This document shows, piece by piece, positions 23,754-35,061 of a stretch of DNA of 64,000 nucleotides. The stretch is taken from positions 10,871 through 74,870 of the forward strand of contig NZ_JASJOY010000022.1 of assembly GCF_031426985.1 (NCBI RefSeq), given 5' to 3'. The notes under the pieces are model-generated. The model worked only from the letters and a program-made list of their open reading frames with translations, made no database searches and had not been told where the DNA came from. A program made the translations under genes and the position numbers. The first letter of the stretch is position 1. The number at the start of each line of letters is the position of its first letter. This DNA is from Hydrogenophaga sp. (GTDB taxonomy: Bacteria > Pseudomonadota > Gammaproteobacteria > Burkholderiales > Burkholderiaceae_C).

Positions 23754-24983
23754 ATGAACGATCTCGCTGGAAAACACATCGTCCTGGGCCTGTCGGGTGG
23801 CATTGCCTGTTACAAGGCGGCCGAGCTGTGCCGCGCCTTGGTCAAGGACGGCGCCACCGTGCAGGTCGTCATGACCGAGGCGGCCGAACAGTTCATCACC
23901 CCGGTGACCATGCAGGCGCTGTCTGGCCGGCCGGTGTTCACCTCGCAGTGGGACGCACGCACCTCGGGCGGGGTCGACAACAACATGGCCCACATCAACC
24001 TCAGCCGCGAGGCCGACGCCATTCTGGTGGCGCCGGCCAGTGCCGACTTCATGGCCAAGCTGCTGCACGGCCGGGCCGATGACCTGCTGAGCCTGATGTG
24101 CCTGGCGCGGCCGCTGGAGAGGGTGCCGCTGATCCTGGCGCCGGCCATGAACCGCGAGATGTGGGCCCACCCGGCGACCCAGCGCAACGTGACGCAACTG
24201 CGCGCCGACGGCAGCACCGTGCTGGACGTGGGCGTGGGCGAACAGGCCTGTGGCGAAACCGGCGACGGCCGCATGCTCGAACCCGATGAACTGCTCTACG
24301 AGCTGGTGCGCTTCTTCACCCCCAAGCGGCTGGCGGGGCAACACGTGGTGGTGAGTGCCGGGCCGACGTTTGAAGCCATCGACCCGGTGCGCGGCCTGAC
24401 CAACCTCTCCAGCGGCAAGATGGGTTTTGCCATCGCCCGCGCGGCGCACGAGGCGGGGGCGCAGGTGACGCTGGTGGCCGGGCCGGTGAGCCTGCCCACG
24501 CCGCGCGGCGTGGGGCGCATCAACGTGAAGTCGGCGCTGAACATGCAGAAGACGCTGAACGTGCTGGCGCAGAACGCCACCGTGTTCGTGTCGGCCGCGG
24601 CGGTGGCCGACTGGCGGCCTGCGGTGGCCGCCGAGCAGAAGATCAAGAAAGACGGCTCGGGTGCCGTGCCCACGCTCGGCTTCGTGGAGAACCCCGACAT
24701 CCTGGCCGAGATCGCGGCCACGCCACGTGCGCGCGTCGGCCAGCTGTATTGCGTGGGTTTTGCTGCCGAGAGCCAGGACCTGCTGGCCAACGCCCAGGCC
24801 AAGCGCGCGCGCAAGGGCGTGCCGCTGCTGGTGGGCAACATCGGGCCCGACACCTTCGGACAGGACGACAACGCGCTGTTGCTGATCGACGAGCAGGGCA
24901 ACACCGAACTGCCGCGGGCGTCCAAGCTGGCGCTGGCGCGCCAGCTGGTGGCCGAGATCGCGCGCCGCCTGCCGACGGTCTGA
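23754..24983 (+). CDS. coaBC: bifunctional phosphopantothenoylcysteine decarboxylase/synthetase
   Basis: GLSGGIACYKA, APAMN..MW, QACGETGDGRM, NLSSGKMG and KIKK motifs; start moved to ATG 23754. Confidence 0.95.
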   Translation: MNDLAGKHIVLGLSGGIACYKAAELCRALVKDGATVQVVMTEAAEQFITPVTMQALSGRPVFTSQWDARTSGGVDNNMAHINLSREADAILVAPASADFMAKLLHGRADDLLSLMCLARPLERVPLILAPAMNREMWAHPATQRNVTQLRADGSTVLDVGVGEQACGETGDGRMLEPDELLYELVRFFTPKRLAGQHVVVSAGPTFEAIDPVRGLTNLSSGKMGFAIARAAHEAGAQVTLVAGPVSLPTPRGVGRINVKSALNMQKTLNVLAQNATVFVSAAAVADWRPAVAAEQKIKKDGSGAVPTLGFVENPDILAEIAATPRARVGQLYCVGFAAESQDLLANAQAKRARKGVPLLVGNIGPDTFGQDDNALLLIDEQGNTELPRASKLALARQLVAEIARRLPTV

Positions 24984-25075
24984 GCTCTGCGCCGGCTTGC
25001 CGTGCCCCACGGGCGGGGCGTATCATTTGAATAAGCCTATGCTTATTTTGTGATTCGCACGACCAGGAGACACGC

Positions 25076-26125
25076 ATGACCCGGCCCCCCCACACGCCTT
25101 CGATTTCCCCTGCGACGAACCGCCGCGCCTGGCTGCGCATGGCCAGCGGCATGGGCCTGTGCGCGGCGGGGCTGGCGCTGGTGCCCGAGGTGCGCCTGTT
25201 CGCCCAGCAGGTGCAGGAATTCATCGAAGGCCCGCCGGTGCCCGACGTGAAACCCGAACAGCTCTCGCCCCATGTGTGGATGGTCTACGCCAAGGAAGGC
25301 TTTCCGACGCAGGAAAACCAGGGCCTCATGGCCAGCATCATTTTCGTGATCACGCAAAAGGGCGTGGTGGTGCTGGACACCGGCGCCTCGGTGCAGATCG
25401 GGCAGATGGCGATCCGCATGATCAAGACCGTGACACCCCAGCCGGTGATCGCGGTCTTCAACAGCCACTACCACGGTGACCACTGGCTGGGCAACCACGC
25501 CTTTGCCGATGCCTTTGGCAAAGACCTGCCCATCCACGCGCTGGCCCACACGCGCGACCAGATCGCCGGGCACGAAGGCAACCTCTGGCGCAGCCTGATG
25601 GAGCGCTGGACTAACCAGGCCACGCTGGGCACCAAGGTCGTGGCGCCGAACAAAGTGGTGGAGCACGGCCAGGTGTTCGACTACGGCGACGTGCAGATCA
25701 AGCTGCACCACTACGGCCGGGCGCACACGCCGTCGGACCTGTGTTTTGAGATCGTGCAGGACAAGCTCACCTACATCGGCGACATCGCCATGGCCAACCG
25801 CATCGCCAACATCGACGACGGGTCGTATCCGGGCACCTTCAAGTACTACGACGCGCTCAAGCAGGCCGCCGGCGAGCAGCTCTGGCTGCCCGGCCACGGC
25901 CGCGGCAGCAAAGACCTGCTGGACACCTATGGCACGTTCATGAAGGGCATCTGGGAACCCTGCGTGCAGGCGGTCAAGGACGGCATTGCGCTGGACGGTG
26001 CCAAGGCGCTGGTGATGAAAGACCCGCGCGTGGCCAGCCGCGCCAAGACCATGGACGGCTTCGACAGCAACATCGGCAAATACACCAGCCTGGCGTACCT
26101 CGAAGCCGAGAAAGAAGCGTTTTAA
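25076..26125 (+). CDS. exported MBL-fold metallo-hydrolase, SoxH-like
   Basis: Tat-like RRAWL signal; canonical SHYHGDH, H..AHT and PGHG motifs. Confidence 0.8.
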   Translation: MTRPPHTPSISPATNRRAWLRMASGMGLCAAGLALVPEVRLFAQQVQEFIEGPPVPDVKPEQLSPHVWMVYAKEGFPTQENQGLMASIIFVITQKGVVVLDTGASVQIGQMAIRMIKTVTPQPVIAVFNSHYHGDHWLGNHAFADAFGKDLPIHALAHTRDQIAGHEGNLWRSLMERWTNQATLGTKVVAPNKVVEHGQVFDYGDVQIKLHHYGRAHTPSDLCFEIVQDKLTYIGDIAMANRIANIDDGSYPGTFKYYDALKQAAGEQLWLPGHGRGSKDLLDTYGTFMKGIWEPCVQAVKDGIALDGAKALVMKDPRVASRAKTMDGFDSNIGKYTSLAYLEAEKEAF

Positions 26126-26126
26126 G

Positions 26127-26434
26127 CCCACCCCTGCCGCGCTGCGCGCGACCCCCTCCAGGGGGCGACGCCAGTGGCCCGGCCAAGCCGGTTCCACGGC
26201 GTCTCTGGATCGGTTCACGCCCGCCGGAGAGCGAACCGTTGCGCACGACAGGGTCTCGGTCGAGAACGCGGTGGAACCGGCTTTGCCGGGCCACACGCGT
26301 TGCCCCTTGAGGGGCGGAGCGGCCACACGCAGTGAGCCGGCGATGGGGTGGTCAACGGGCCCGCCGCCGGGCCGCCCCAAGGCAGGCCCAGCCCCCTGGG
26401 GGGCAGCGACCCGCGCAGCGGTGGAGCGTGGGGG
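26127..26434. repeat. composite REP-like element: inverted subfamily A pair plus a subfamily B unit
   Basis: GTGGCCCGGC(C/A)AAGCCGGTTCCAC at 26174-26197, inverted at 26271-26294; B unit at about 26380-26434. Confidence 0.9.
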
Positions 26435-27556
26435 TCAGTTCTTCCACCAGGGCAGCAGCCGCTTCATGGCGGCCACTTCACCCGGGTGGTCCGGCTGGTA
26501 GCCGGGCAGGGCCTGCAGCTGCTGTTGCCAGCGCGCGCTGCGCAGCAGCGTCAGCAGGCTTTGCACGGCGGGCAGTTCCAGCGCCGACTTCAGGCACACC
26601 AGCAGATAGCGTTCATCGGTCAGCGGCACGAAGCCCAGGCCCTGCCGCTGCGCGGCGTACTCGGTGCCCAGGCCCACATCGGCTTCGCCGCTGGCCACGG
26701 CCTGTGCCACGGCCGCGTGCGAGCTTTCCTCGCGTTCGAACCCGGGCAGGTTTTCGGCGGCGATGCCTTCCTGCGCCAGCAGATCTTCGAGCAACAGCCG
26801 GGTGCCGGTGCCGATGGCGCGGTTGACCAGGCGCGCCTGCAGGCGCGCCACGTCGCCCAGCGTGTGCAGCCGCAAGGGGTTGCCGGGGGCGACCATCAGG
26901 CCTTGCACGCGACGCGCAAAGCCGATGATCTTGTGCGTGCCCGGCTTGAGCAGCGGGCGGTAGGTGCGAGCGCTGCGGCTGTCGGCGTCGGCAAACGGCT
27001 GGGTGTGAAAACCCGCCAGCAGGCAGCGGCCTTCGTTCAGCGCCCGGATCGCGTCCACGCTGCCGGTGAAGCGGATGTCCAGGTGCAGGTTCGGGTGGCC
27101 GTCGGCGTGTGCAGCCAGGTCCTGCAGCGCCGCCAGCGCGTGGTCGTGGCTGGCGTAGAGCGTGAGCAGTTCGCTGGGCGCCTGGTCGTCGTCGAAGGCC
27201 ATGGAAAACGCACGTTCGAGCTCGGCGCGCAGGTGTTCCAGCTGCGGCCCCAGCCGCGCCTGGGCCAGGCGTTCGGCCATCAGCAGCCGCTGGCCGAACG
27301 GTGACAGCAGGGCCGCCTGGCCACGCTCCCACACCAGCAGTTCGCGGCCCAGCTGGGTTTCCCAGTCCTTGAGCTGGCCCCAGACGTGCCGGTACGACAG
27401 GCCCAGCTGCCGCGCCGCCGCCGAAATGGACCCCCGTTCGTGCACCGCGTGCAGCACGTCCATCATGGGGTTGCTCAGCAACGGCGCGCCGGTGCCGCGC
27501 GCCGGGCGCTCGGCGGCCAGGGAGTAGGACATCGCGATGCGTCTCATGGGCCGCAA
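26435..27556 (-). CDS. transcriptional regulator: ModE/LysR-like wHTH fused to a PBP-type oxyanion-binding domain
   Basis: GSISAAARQLGLSYRHVW helix-turn-helix; ASHD, GS..AI.AL..G, VNR..G.GTR motifs; divergent from tupB; exact start uncertain. Confidence 0.78.
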   Translation of the reverse strand: MRPMRRIAMSYSLAAERPARGTGAPLLSNPMMDVLHAVHERGSISAAARQLGLSYRHVWGQLKDWETQLGRELLVWERGQAALLSPFGQRLLMAERLAQARLGPQLEHLRAELERAFSMAFDDDQAPSELLTLYASHDHALAALQDLAAHADGHPNLHLDIRFTGSVDAIRALNEGRCLLAGFHTQPFADADSRSARTYRPLLKPGTHKIIGFARRVQGLMVAPGNPLRLHTLGDVARLQARLVNRAIGTGTRLLLEDLLAQEGIAAENLPGFEREESSHAAVAQAVASGEADVGLGTEYAAQRQGLGFVPLTDERYLLVCLKSALELPAVQSLLTLLRSARWQQQLQALPGYQPDHPGEVAAMKRLLPWWKN

Positions 27557-27591
27557 GTGTGCACCAGCCCCGGCCTATGCAAGGGCCTGCC

Positions 27592-27609
27592 TATGTTGCC
27601 GGGTGCATA
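27592..27609. promoter_or_regulatory. candidate operator between the regulator and tupB
   Basis: TATG-N10-CATA dyad, with further TATGC(A) motifs at about 27575 and 27646. Confidence 0.35.
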
Positions 27610-27667
27610 CCGCGTTGCCACGTACTCACAGATGGCCCGCCGGCCTTTATGCTGCGCCGCAAGATAT

Positions 27668-28396
27668 ATGAACAGCTTTTCTGACAGCGTGGCCACCGCA
27701 CTGGGGCTGGTGGTGTCGGGCGACGCGGCCCTCTGGACCATCGTGTCGCGGTCCCTGGCGGTCAGCGCCACGGCCTGCGTGTTGGCGTGTGCGCTGGGTC
27801 TGCTGCTGGGGGCCTGGCTGGCGGTGGCGCGCTTCCCGGGCCGCCCGGTGTTGCTGACCCTGCTCAACACTTTTCTGGCCATCCCGTCCGTGGTCGTGGG
27901 CCTGGTGATGTATCTGCTGCTCTCGCGTTCGGGGCCGCTGGGATTCCTGGGCTGGCTGTTCAGCTTCCAGGCCATGGTGCTGGCGCAGGCCATTCTGGTG
28001 CTGCCGCTGGTGACCGCGCTCACGCGGCAGGTGGTCGAAGACAGCGACCGCGAGCACGGCGAACAGCTCAGTTCGCTGGGCGCCGGGCGCGCGCTGCGCA
28101 GCCTGCTGATGGCCTGGGACGAGCGCTACGCGCTGCTCACCGTGCTCATCACCGCCTTCGGTCGCGCCGTGTCCGAGGTGGGGGCGGTGATGATCGTGGG
28201 CGGCAACATCGACGGCTTCACCCGCGTCATGACCACCGCCATCGCGCTGGAAACCAGCAAGGGCGACCTGCCGCTGGCGCTGGGCCTGGGCCTGGTGCTG
28301 CTGGGCGTGGTGCTGCTGCTCAACAGCGTGGTGGGCCTGTTGCGCCGCTGGCGCGAGCGGCTCGACGGTGGCGACCTGCGGATGGCCACCACATGA
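27668..28396 (+). CDS. tupB: tungstate ABC transporter permease
   Basis: LSRSGPLG.LG.LF and FGRAVSEVGAVMIVGGNIDGFTRVMTTAIALETSKG motifs; start moved to ATG 27668. Confidence 0.88.
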   Translation: MNSFSDSVATALGLVVSGDAALWTIVSRSLAVSATACVLACALGLLLGAWLAVARFPGRPVLLTLLNTFLAIPSVVVGLVMYLLLSRSGPLGFLGWLFSFQAMVLAQAILVLPLVTALTRQVVEDSDREHGEQLSSLGAGRALRSLLMAWDERYALLTVLITAFGRAVSEVGAVMIVGGNIDGFTRVMTTAIALETSKGDLPLALGLGLVLLGVVLLLNSVVGLLRRWRERLDGGDLRMATT

Positions 28397-29184
28397 GGGT
28401 GGAACTCGCCCCCGTCGGCCTGGCCGGCCCGAACGTCGCGCACGCCGCGCACGCACCCTCGGTGCTGGCGCTGCGTGGCGTGTCCGTGAGCCTGGGGCCG
28501 GCGGCCCAGGTCGAGGCCCTGCGCGGCATCACGCTGTCGATCCAGGCCGGCGAACGCGTGGCGCTGGTCGGTCCCAATGGCTGCGGCAAAAGCACCTTGC
28601 TGCGCACGCTGCACGGCCTGTTGCCCATCGCGGCCGGCGAACGCGCGGTGCCCCAGGCGTCGCGCATCGCCATGCTGTTCCAGCGGCCGCACATGATGCG
28701 CATGTCGGTGCGGCGCAACCTGCAACTGGGCCTGTGGCTCAGCGGCGTGCCATGGGCCCAGACCCGCGACCGCGCCCAGCAGGCGCTGGACCGGGTGCAG
28801 CTCACGCACCTTGCCGAGCGCAACGGCCGCGCGCTCTCGGGCGGGCAGCAACAGCGCGTGGCCCTGGCCCGCGCCTGGGCGCTGCAGCCCGACGTGTGGC
28901 TGCTCGACGAGCCCACCGCCAGCCTGGACCCGCACGCCAAGCGGGAGGTGGAGTCGCTGATCGCCGACTTCGGCGCCGAGGCCCCCGCGCCCGGCCGCCT
29001 GCCGCCCACCCTGGTGTTTGCCAGCCACAACCTGGGCCAGGTCAAGCGCCTGGCCAGTCGCGTGATCTACATCGAGCAGGGGCAGGTGCTGGCCGATCTG
29101 CCGATGGACCCGTTTTTCAACCAGGACCTGCTCGAACGCTGTTCGCCGCAGGCCAGTGCATTTGTCAAAGGAGAAACCCCGTGA
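28393..29184 (+). CDS. tupC: tungstate ABC transporter ATP-binding subunit
   Basis: [17 protein letters not shown] and LDEPTASLD motifs; ATGA overlap with tupB. Confidence 0.85.
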   Translation: MRVELAPVGLAGPNVAHAAHAPSVLALRGVSVSLGPAAQVEALRGITLSIQAGERVALVGPNGCGKSTLLRTLHGLLPIAAGERAVPQASRIAMLFQRPHMMRMSVRRNLQLGLWLSGVPWAQTRDRAQQALDRVQLTHLAERNGRALSGGQQQRVALARAWALQPDVWLLDEPTASLDPHAKREVESLIADFGAEAPAPGRLPPTLVFASHNLGQVKRLASRVIYIEQGQVLADLPMDPFFNQDLLERCSPQASAFVKGETP

Positions 29185-30032
29185 AATCGTTCGCTACCGC
29201 TGCTCACCATCCCCGCCGCACCGTGGTGCGCCTGCTGGCCACCGCCGGGCTGTTGTCGGCCTCGCTGCTCGGCAGCGTCGCCGCGCTGGCGCAGAGCAGC
29301 ATCGTCGTGGCGTCGACCACGTCCACCGAGCAGTCGGGCCTGTTCGGCTACATGCTGCCGGCCTTCAAGCAGGCCAGCGGCATCGACATCAAGGTCGTGG
29401 CCGTGGGCACCGGCCAGGCCATCGACATGGCCCGCCGCGGCGACGCCGACGTGCTGTTTGTGCACGACAAGCTGGCCGAAGAGAAGTTCGTGGCCGACGG
29501 CTTTGCCGCCAAGCGCCAGGAGGTCATGTACAACGACTTTGTGCTGATCGGGCCCAAGGCCGACCCGGTCGGCACCAAGGGCAGCGACATCGTGGCCGCG
29601 CTCAAGAAGGTGGCGAGCAGCAACGCACCCTTCGTCTCGCGCGGCGACAAGAGCGGCACGCACGCGGCCGAGCTGCGCTACTGGAAGATGACCGACACCG
29701 ACGCCAACAAGGGTTCGGGGTACAAGGAATGTGGCTGCGGCATGGGCCCGGCACTGAACATCGCGGCCTCCACCGGCGGCTATGTGCTGACCGACCGTGG
29801 CACCTGGCTCAACTTCAAGAACCGCGCCGATCTGGCGGTGCTGGTTGAAGGCGACAGGCGCCTGTTCAACCAGTACGGCGTGATGCTGGTGAGCGCCGCC
29901 AAGCACCCGCAGGTGAAAACCGCCGAAGGCCAGAAATTCGTCGACTGGGTGACCGGTTCGGCGGGCCAGAAAGCGATCGCCGACTACAAGATCGGCGGCG
30001 AGCAGCTGTTTTTCCCGAACGCGGTGAAGTGA
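29181..30032 (+). CDS. tupA: tungstate ABC transporter substrate-binding protein
   Basis: ASTTSTEQSGL (TupA TTTS-like), VAVGTGQA...RRGDADV..VH and SRGDKSGTH..E motifs; GTG start overlaps the tupC stop. Confidence 0.9.
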   Translation: MKSFATAAHHPRRTVVRLLATAGLLSASLLGSVAALAQSSIVVASTTSTEQSGLFGYMLPAFKQASGIDIKVVAVGTGQAIDMARRGDADVLFVHDKLAEEKFVADGFAAKRQEVMYNDFVLIGPKADPVGTKGSDIVAALKKVASSNAPFVSRGDKSGTHAAELRYWKMTDTDANKGSGYKECGCGMGPALNIAASTGGYVLTDRGTWLNFKNRADLAVLVEGDRRLFNQYGVMLVSAAKHPQVKTAEGQKFVDWVTGSAGQKAIADYKIGGEQLFFPNAVK

Positions 30033-30128
30033 CCCCCTGCGCTGCCTGAGCGCCCGAGCCTACCGGGCGGCTCATCCGTCGATGCGCGCCGGCAAATCGC
30101 CGCCCGGCGGGCCCGGGCGCTCAGGCAG
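30033..30128. repeat. hairpin/REP-like element between convergent tupA and modC
   Basis: Perfect 15-bp inverted repeat CTGCCTGAGCGCCCG at 30042-30056 and 30114-30128; begins CCCCCTGCGC immediately after the tupA stop. Confidence 0.7.
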
Positions 30129-30144
30129 TGGGGGAGGGCGGGCC

Positions 30145-31232
<1,088 letters not shown>

Positions 31233-31236
<4 letters not shown>

Positions 31237-31916
31237 GGCGCGCTCCGCCGGCTGCGCTGCTGGTACAGGTGCAGCGCCATCAGGCAGACGAAGGAAAACA
31301 CCAGCATCACCGCTGCCAGCCGATGCGCGTCGGCGTACTCCAGCGCCTCCACGTGGTCGTAGATCTGCACCGACACCACCCGGGTCACACCCGGGATGTT
31401 GCCGCCCACCATCAGCACCACGCCGAACTCGCCCACCGTGTGGGCAAAACTCATGATGGCGCCGGTGACCAGGCCCGGCCGGCACAGCGGCAGCACCACG
31501 CTGAAAAACGTGTCCAGCGGCGACGCGCGCAGGCTGGCCGCCACCTCCAGCGGGCGCGGCCCCAGCGCCTCGAACGCGTTGTGCACCGGCTGCACCATGA
31601 AAGGCAGCGAATACAGCACCGAGGCCACCACCAGCCCCGGCAGCGTGAACGGCAGCGTGCCCAGTCCCAGCGCCTGCGTCCATTGCCCCACCGGCCCGTT
31701 GGGCCCCATCAGCACCAGCAGATAAAAGCCCAGCACCGACGGCGGCAGCACGACGGGCAAGGCCACCACGGTGGCCACCGGCGTCTTCAGCCACGACCGC
31801 GTGCGTGCCAGCCACCAGGCCAGCGGTGTGCCCAGCAGCAGCAGGATCAGCGTCGTCAGCGCCGACACCTTCAGCGTCAGCGCGATGGCCTGCCAGTCAG
31901 CGGCGGTCAGCAGCAT
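31233..31916 (-). CDS. modB: molybdate ABC transporter permease
   Basis: [15 protein letters not shown] and [22 protein letters not shown] motifs. Confidence 0.93.
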
Positions 31917-31977
31917 GTTGAACGGCCCTCATCCGTTGGATCGAGCACCCGGCGCACACCGGCGTCGCAGGCGCGCT

Positions 31978-32733
31978 TCACGGTTGGTACCCATAGGCCG
32001 CGATCAGCGCCCGCCCCGACGGGCTTTGCAGCAGCTGCAACAGGGCCAGCGCCGCCTCGTTGCCCGCACCGCGGCGCAGCAGCACCGCGTCCTGGCGGAT
32101 CGGGCTGTAGAGCTGCGGTGGCACCCGCCACACCGAGCCGCTGCGCAGCCGCCCATTGGCCCACACCTGCGACAGCGCCACGAAACCCACGTCGGCATTG
32201 CCGGTGAACACAAAGCCGAAGGCCTGGCCAATGCTCTCGCCCTGCACCAGCTTGGGTGCCAGCACGGCGCTCAGGCCCAGCCGTTCCATCGCCTCCAGCG
32301 CGGCCGCGCCATACGGCGCCACCTTGGGCGCGGCGTAGGCCACCTTGCCCAGGTCGGCGCGCCGCAGCACGGCGCCCTGGTCGTCCACCCGGCCCGGCTG
32401 GGCCGACCACAGCGCCAGCTGGCCCGTGGCATAGGTGAAGCGGCTGCCCGGCTGCGCCAGGCCGTCCCGCTCCAGCGCCTCGGGCACCTGGGCATTGGCC
32501 GCCAGCAACACGTCGAACGGGGCCCCGTTGCGGATCTGCGCGTACAGCTTGCCGGTGGAGCCGAGCGTGACCTTCAGCGTGTGACCGGTGGTCTTGTGCA
32601 GTTCGGCCGCCAGCGCCTTGACCGGCTCCGCAAAGTTGGCCGCTACCGCCACCTGGGCCTCGGCCGCATGGGCAGCACCCTGCGCCAGCGCGGCGCACAG
32701 CAGGGCGGACAGGCAAGACAGCAGCAGACGCAT
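31978..32733 (-). CDS. modA: molybdate ABC transporter substrate-binding protein
   Basis: VAVAANF, GSTGKLYAQI.NGAPFD and APYG.AA motifs; start moved to ATG 32733. Confidence 0.93.
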   Translation of the reverse strand: MRLLLSCLSALLCAALAQGAAHAAEAQVAVAANFAEPVKALAAELHKTTGHTLKVTLGSTGKLYAQIRNGAPFDVLLAANAQVPEALERDGLAQPGSRFTYATGQLALWSAQPGRVDDQGAVLRRADLGKVAYAAPKVAPYGAAALEAMERLGLSAVLAPKLVQGESIGQAFGFVFTGNADVGFVALSQVWANGRLRSGSVWRVPPQLYSPIRQDAVLLRRGAGNEAALALLQLLQSPSGRALIAAYGYQP

Positions 32734-32776
32734 GGACCCCTCGCAACAGGACCGCCAGCGGGCGGACGGGTGGGAT

Positions 32777-32801
32777 TCGTTATCCCGAAATGGAATAGCG
32801 A
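32777..32801. promoter_or_regulatory. ModE-box-like operator upstream of modA
   Basis: TCGTTATCCC-GAAAT-GGAATAGCGA imperfect dyad (CGTTAT-N11-ATAGCG) resembling ModE sites. Confidence 0.55.
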
Positions 32802-33270
32802 GTGTAGCGGGTGGTGGGCGGGAGGCGGGTTGGGGTGTGGTCGGCCCATGGTCGTCAGCGATGGTTTTCTCAGCAAACGACCGGTCTGCCTTGGAACGTG
32901 ACCTGCGCCGACACCGCCAAGAAAGGCCGTGATGGCGGCTGCGGTCGCTCGCGCACGCCGACCAACGATCGCGACCATTTCGGCGCCGAACGGCTGGATC
33001 CGATGACCACGAAAGTACCCTCTGGGACCCGGTGGTCGACGACCGCCACATGAGCGCTTCACCGGGAACTTCATGGGCTTGTGGTGCTGTGCCAAGCCGA
33101 CAGCGACCAAGGCGCATGGAGCAGCAGTGGCCGGCGGCAGCGACATCGCGCTTTGTTGTGACCTTGCTCGCGGTGTCCGAGGACGCTCGCATCGGCAACA
33201 GGCAGGGGGTGCCAGCGGCCAGGCAAGGGTTGCACGGCTCGAACGATCCGCAGGCTTCATGCAAAACCAC

Positions 33271-33319
33271 TTGACCCGGATGTTGTTGTCGCTCTATAAT
33301 TGAGCATCCACTTACTCAA
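33271..33319 (+). promoter_or_regulatory. sigma70 promoter with overlapping TetR operator
   Basis: TTGACC-N18-TATAAT at 33271-33300, followed by TTGAG-N10-CTCAA at 33300-33319. Confidence 0.7.
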
Positions 33320-33333
33320 ACAAAGTTCAAAGT

Positions 33334-33903
33334 ATGGCCCGTCCCCTGAGCGAGGAAAAGCGCGCAGCCTTGCTTGAGGCTGCGTCGGACCTTGTCGCCA
33401 ACCTCGGCACTGGCGCCTCCACCGCGAAGATCGCGCAGGCGGCCGGCGTGTCCGAAGGAACCCTGTTCACGTACTTTCCGACCAAGGACGACCTCCTCAA
33501 TCAATTGTTCGTGGAGATCGAGGCCAAGCTCGCCACGACGATGTTGGCACCGTATCCGGTGGATGTGTCACCTCGAGACCAGCTGTGTCTCGTCTGGAAT
33601 CGCCTGATCGACTGGGGGCTGGCCCACTCCACATCGCGCAAGGCGCTGCGCCAGTTGAAGGTGTCGGATCGCGTGACGGCAGAGAGCCGCAGCCGCTGCC
33701 ACGCCATGCTGAGGGACGCACGTGCGATCGTGGAGCGGTGTCTGTCGGGACATGCCGCTCCAGACCGGGTCGCCTTCTACATCGACACGATCCTGTTCGA
33801 TCTGGCCGACATCACCATCAACGCGATCGCCTCGACGCCCAAGGAAGACAAAGCCATTCGGCAGGCCGGGTTCGACCTTTTCTGGAATGGCTCGGCCGCC
33901 TGA
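33334..33903 (+). CDS. TetR/AcrR family regulator
   Basis: IAQAAGVSEGTLFTYFPTKDDL helix-turn-helix. Confidence 0.9.
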   Translation: MARPLSEEKRAALLEAASDLVANLGTGASTAKIAQAAGVSEGTLFTYFPTKDDLLNQLFVEIEAKLATTMLAPYPVDVSPRDQLCLVWNRLIDWGLAHSTSRKALRQLKVSDRVTAESRSRCHAMLRDARAIVERCLSGHAAPDRVAFYIDTILFDLADITINAIASTPKEDKAIRQAGFDLFWNGSAA

Positions 33904-33920
33904 TTTTTTTTACTCAATAA

Positions 33921-33940
33921 ATGAGTGTTCAATTACTCAT
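33921..33940. promoter_or_regulatory. second TetR operator upstream of the SDR gene
   Basis: ATGAG-N10-CTCAT, the same TGAG-N10-CTCA geometry as at 33300-33319. Confidence 0.65.
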
Positions 33941-33953
33941 GTAAGGAACTTGT

Positions 33954-34871
33954 ATGTCAAATCACAAAGGCTTCACCGAAGCGGATGTCCCCGATCAGTC
34001 GGGAAAGAGCTTCATCGTCACAGGCGCCAATGCTGGCGTCGGCTTCGAAGTGACGAGGGTGCTCGCGGCGAGAGGCGCGCGCGTCCTGTTGGGTTGCCGC
34101 GACCAGGCGAGGGCCAAGGAAGCCATCGCACGGATTCGGCGCATCACGCCGAGGGCGGATGTCAGCTGGCTCCCGCTGGACCTGGGCGATATCGAGAGCA
34201 TTCGCGCCGCGGCCAAAGCCGTTGCAGCGGAACCGCGGATGGACGCCCTCATCAACAACGCGGGCATCATGTACCCGCCCCTGACGCGCACCAGGCAAGG
34301 GTTCGAGTCGCAGTTCGGGGTCAACCATCTGGGCGTGTTCGCGCTGACCTCGCTGCTCCTGCCCAAGCTGGCCCAAACGCCGGGATCGCGCGTCGTCGTC
34401 ACGTCGAGCATCGCGCATTTCAAGGGCAAGATCGATTGGGACGACCTCAACGCTGAACACGGTTATTCGAAGGTGGTTCGCTATGGCGGCAGCAAACTGG
34501 CCAATGCGCTGTTCTTCTTCGAACTGGATCGTCGCCTGCGCGCGTCAAGGTCCCCCGTCACCGCCGTTGGTGTCCATCCGGGCGTCGCCAGTACCAACCT
34601 GGGACGGCATATGGGGCTCGCCCAATGGGCGGGGCCGATCGTCGGCATGCTCCTCAACAGTGCTGACAAAGGCGCATGGCCGGCGCTGCTGGCCGCGACG
34701 GGAAGCGTGAAGCCCGGGGGCTACTACGGGCCGATCGGATTCGGCGGCATCCGGGGTGTGGCGGGTGAGGCCAAACGAGCCCCGCGAGCCGAGGACCCGG
34801 AACTGGCAAAGCGCTTGTGGGATGTCTCCATCGCCATGACGGGTATCGACCCGGACTTGCCGTCGGTCTGA
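33954..34871 (+). CDS. short-chain dehydrogenase/reductase, retinol-dehydrogenase-like
   Basis: TGANAGVG, NNAG, F.VNHLG.F and Y..SK motifs. Confidence 0.9.
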   Translation: MSNHKGFTEADVPDQSGKSFIVTGANAGVGFEVTRVLAARGARVLLGCRDQARAKEAIARIRRITPRADVSWLPLDLGDIESIRAAAKAVAAEPRMDALINNAGIMYPPLTRTRQGFESQFGVNHLGVFALTSLLLPKLAQTPGSRVVVTSSIAHFKGKIDWDDLNAEHGYSKVVRYGGSKLANALFFFELDRRLRASRSPVTAVGVHPGVASTNLGRHMGLAQWAGPIVGMLLNSADKGAWPALLAATGSVKPGGYYGPIGFGGIRGVAGEAKRAPRAEDPELAKRLWDVSIAMTGIDPDLPSV

Positions 34872-35061
34872 AGGCTTGCCCAACACCGATGCTAGACACC
34901 GAAGCGGCGACTCAAGCGATAGACCAGGAAAAGCTGTGACAGCCGCTTCGGGTGATCGTTGGTCTGCGGCGGATGGGCTTTTGAAACTGGTGGTTGGCGT
35001 GGCGATCTTCTGACCGATGGCATGACCGCCAGTGGCCGCTGCCAGCCAGACCACCACCGCC

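Noticed and set aside
32810-33260. Gene remnant or riboswitch upstream of modA
   Set aside because: I could not recognise any protein motif or Moco/Tuco riboswitch core. A covariance-model search would be needed.
34878-35000. Integron attC site after the SDR gene
   Set aside because: GCCCAAC fits RYYYAAC, but no matching GTTRRRY end was found and there is no integrase.
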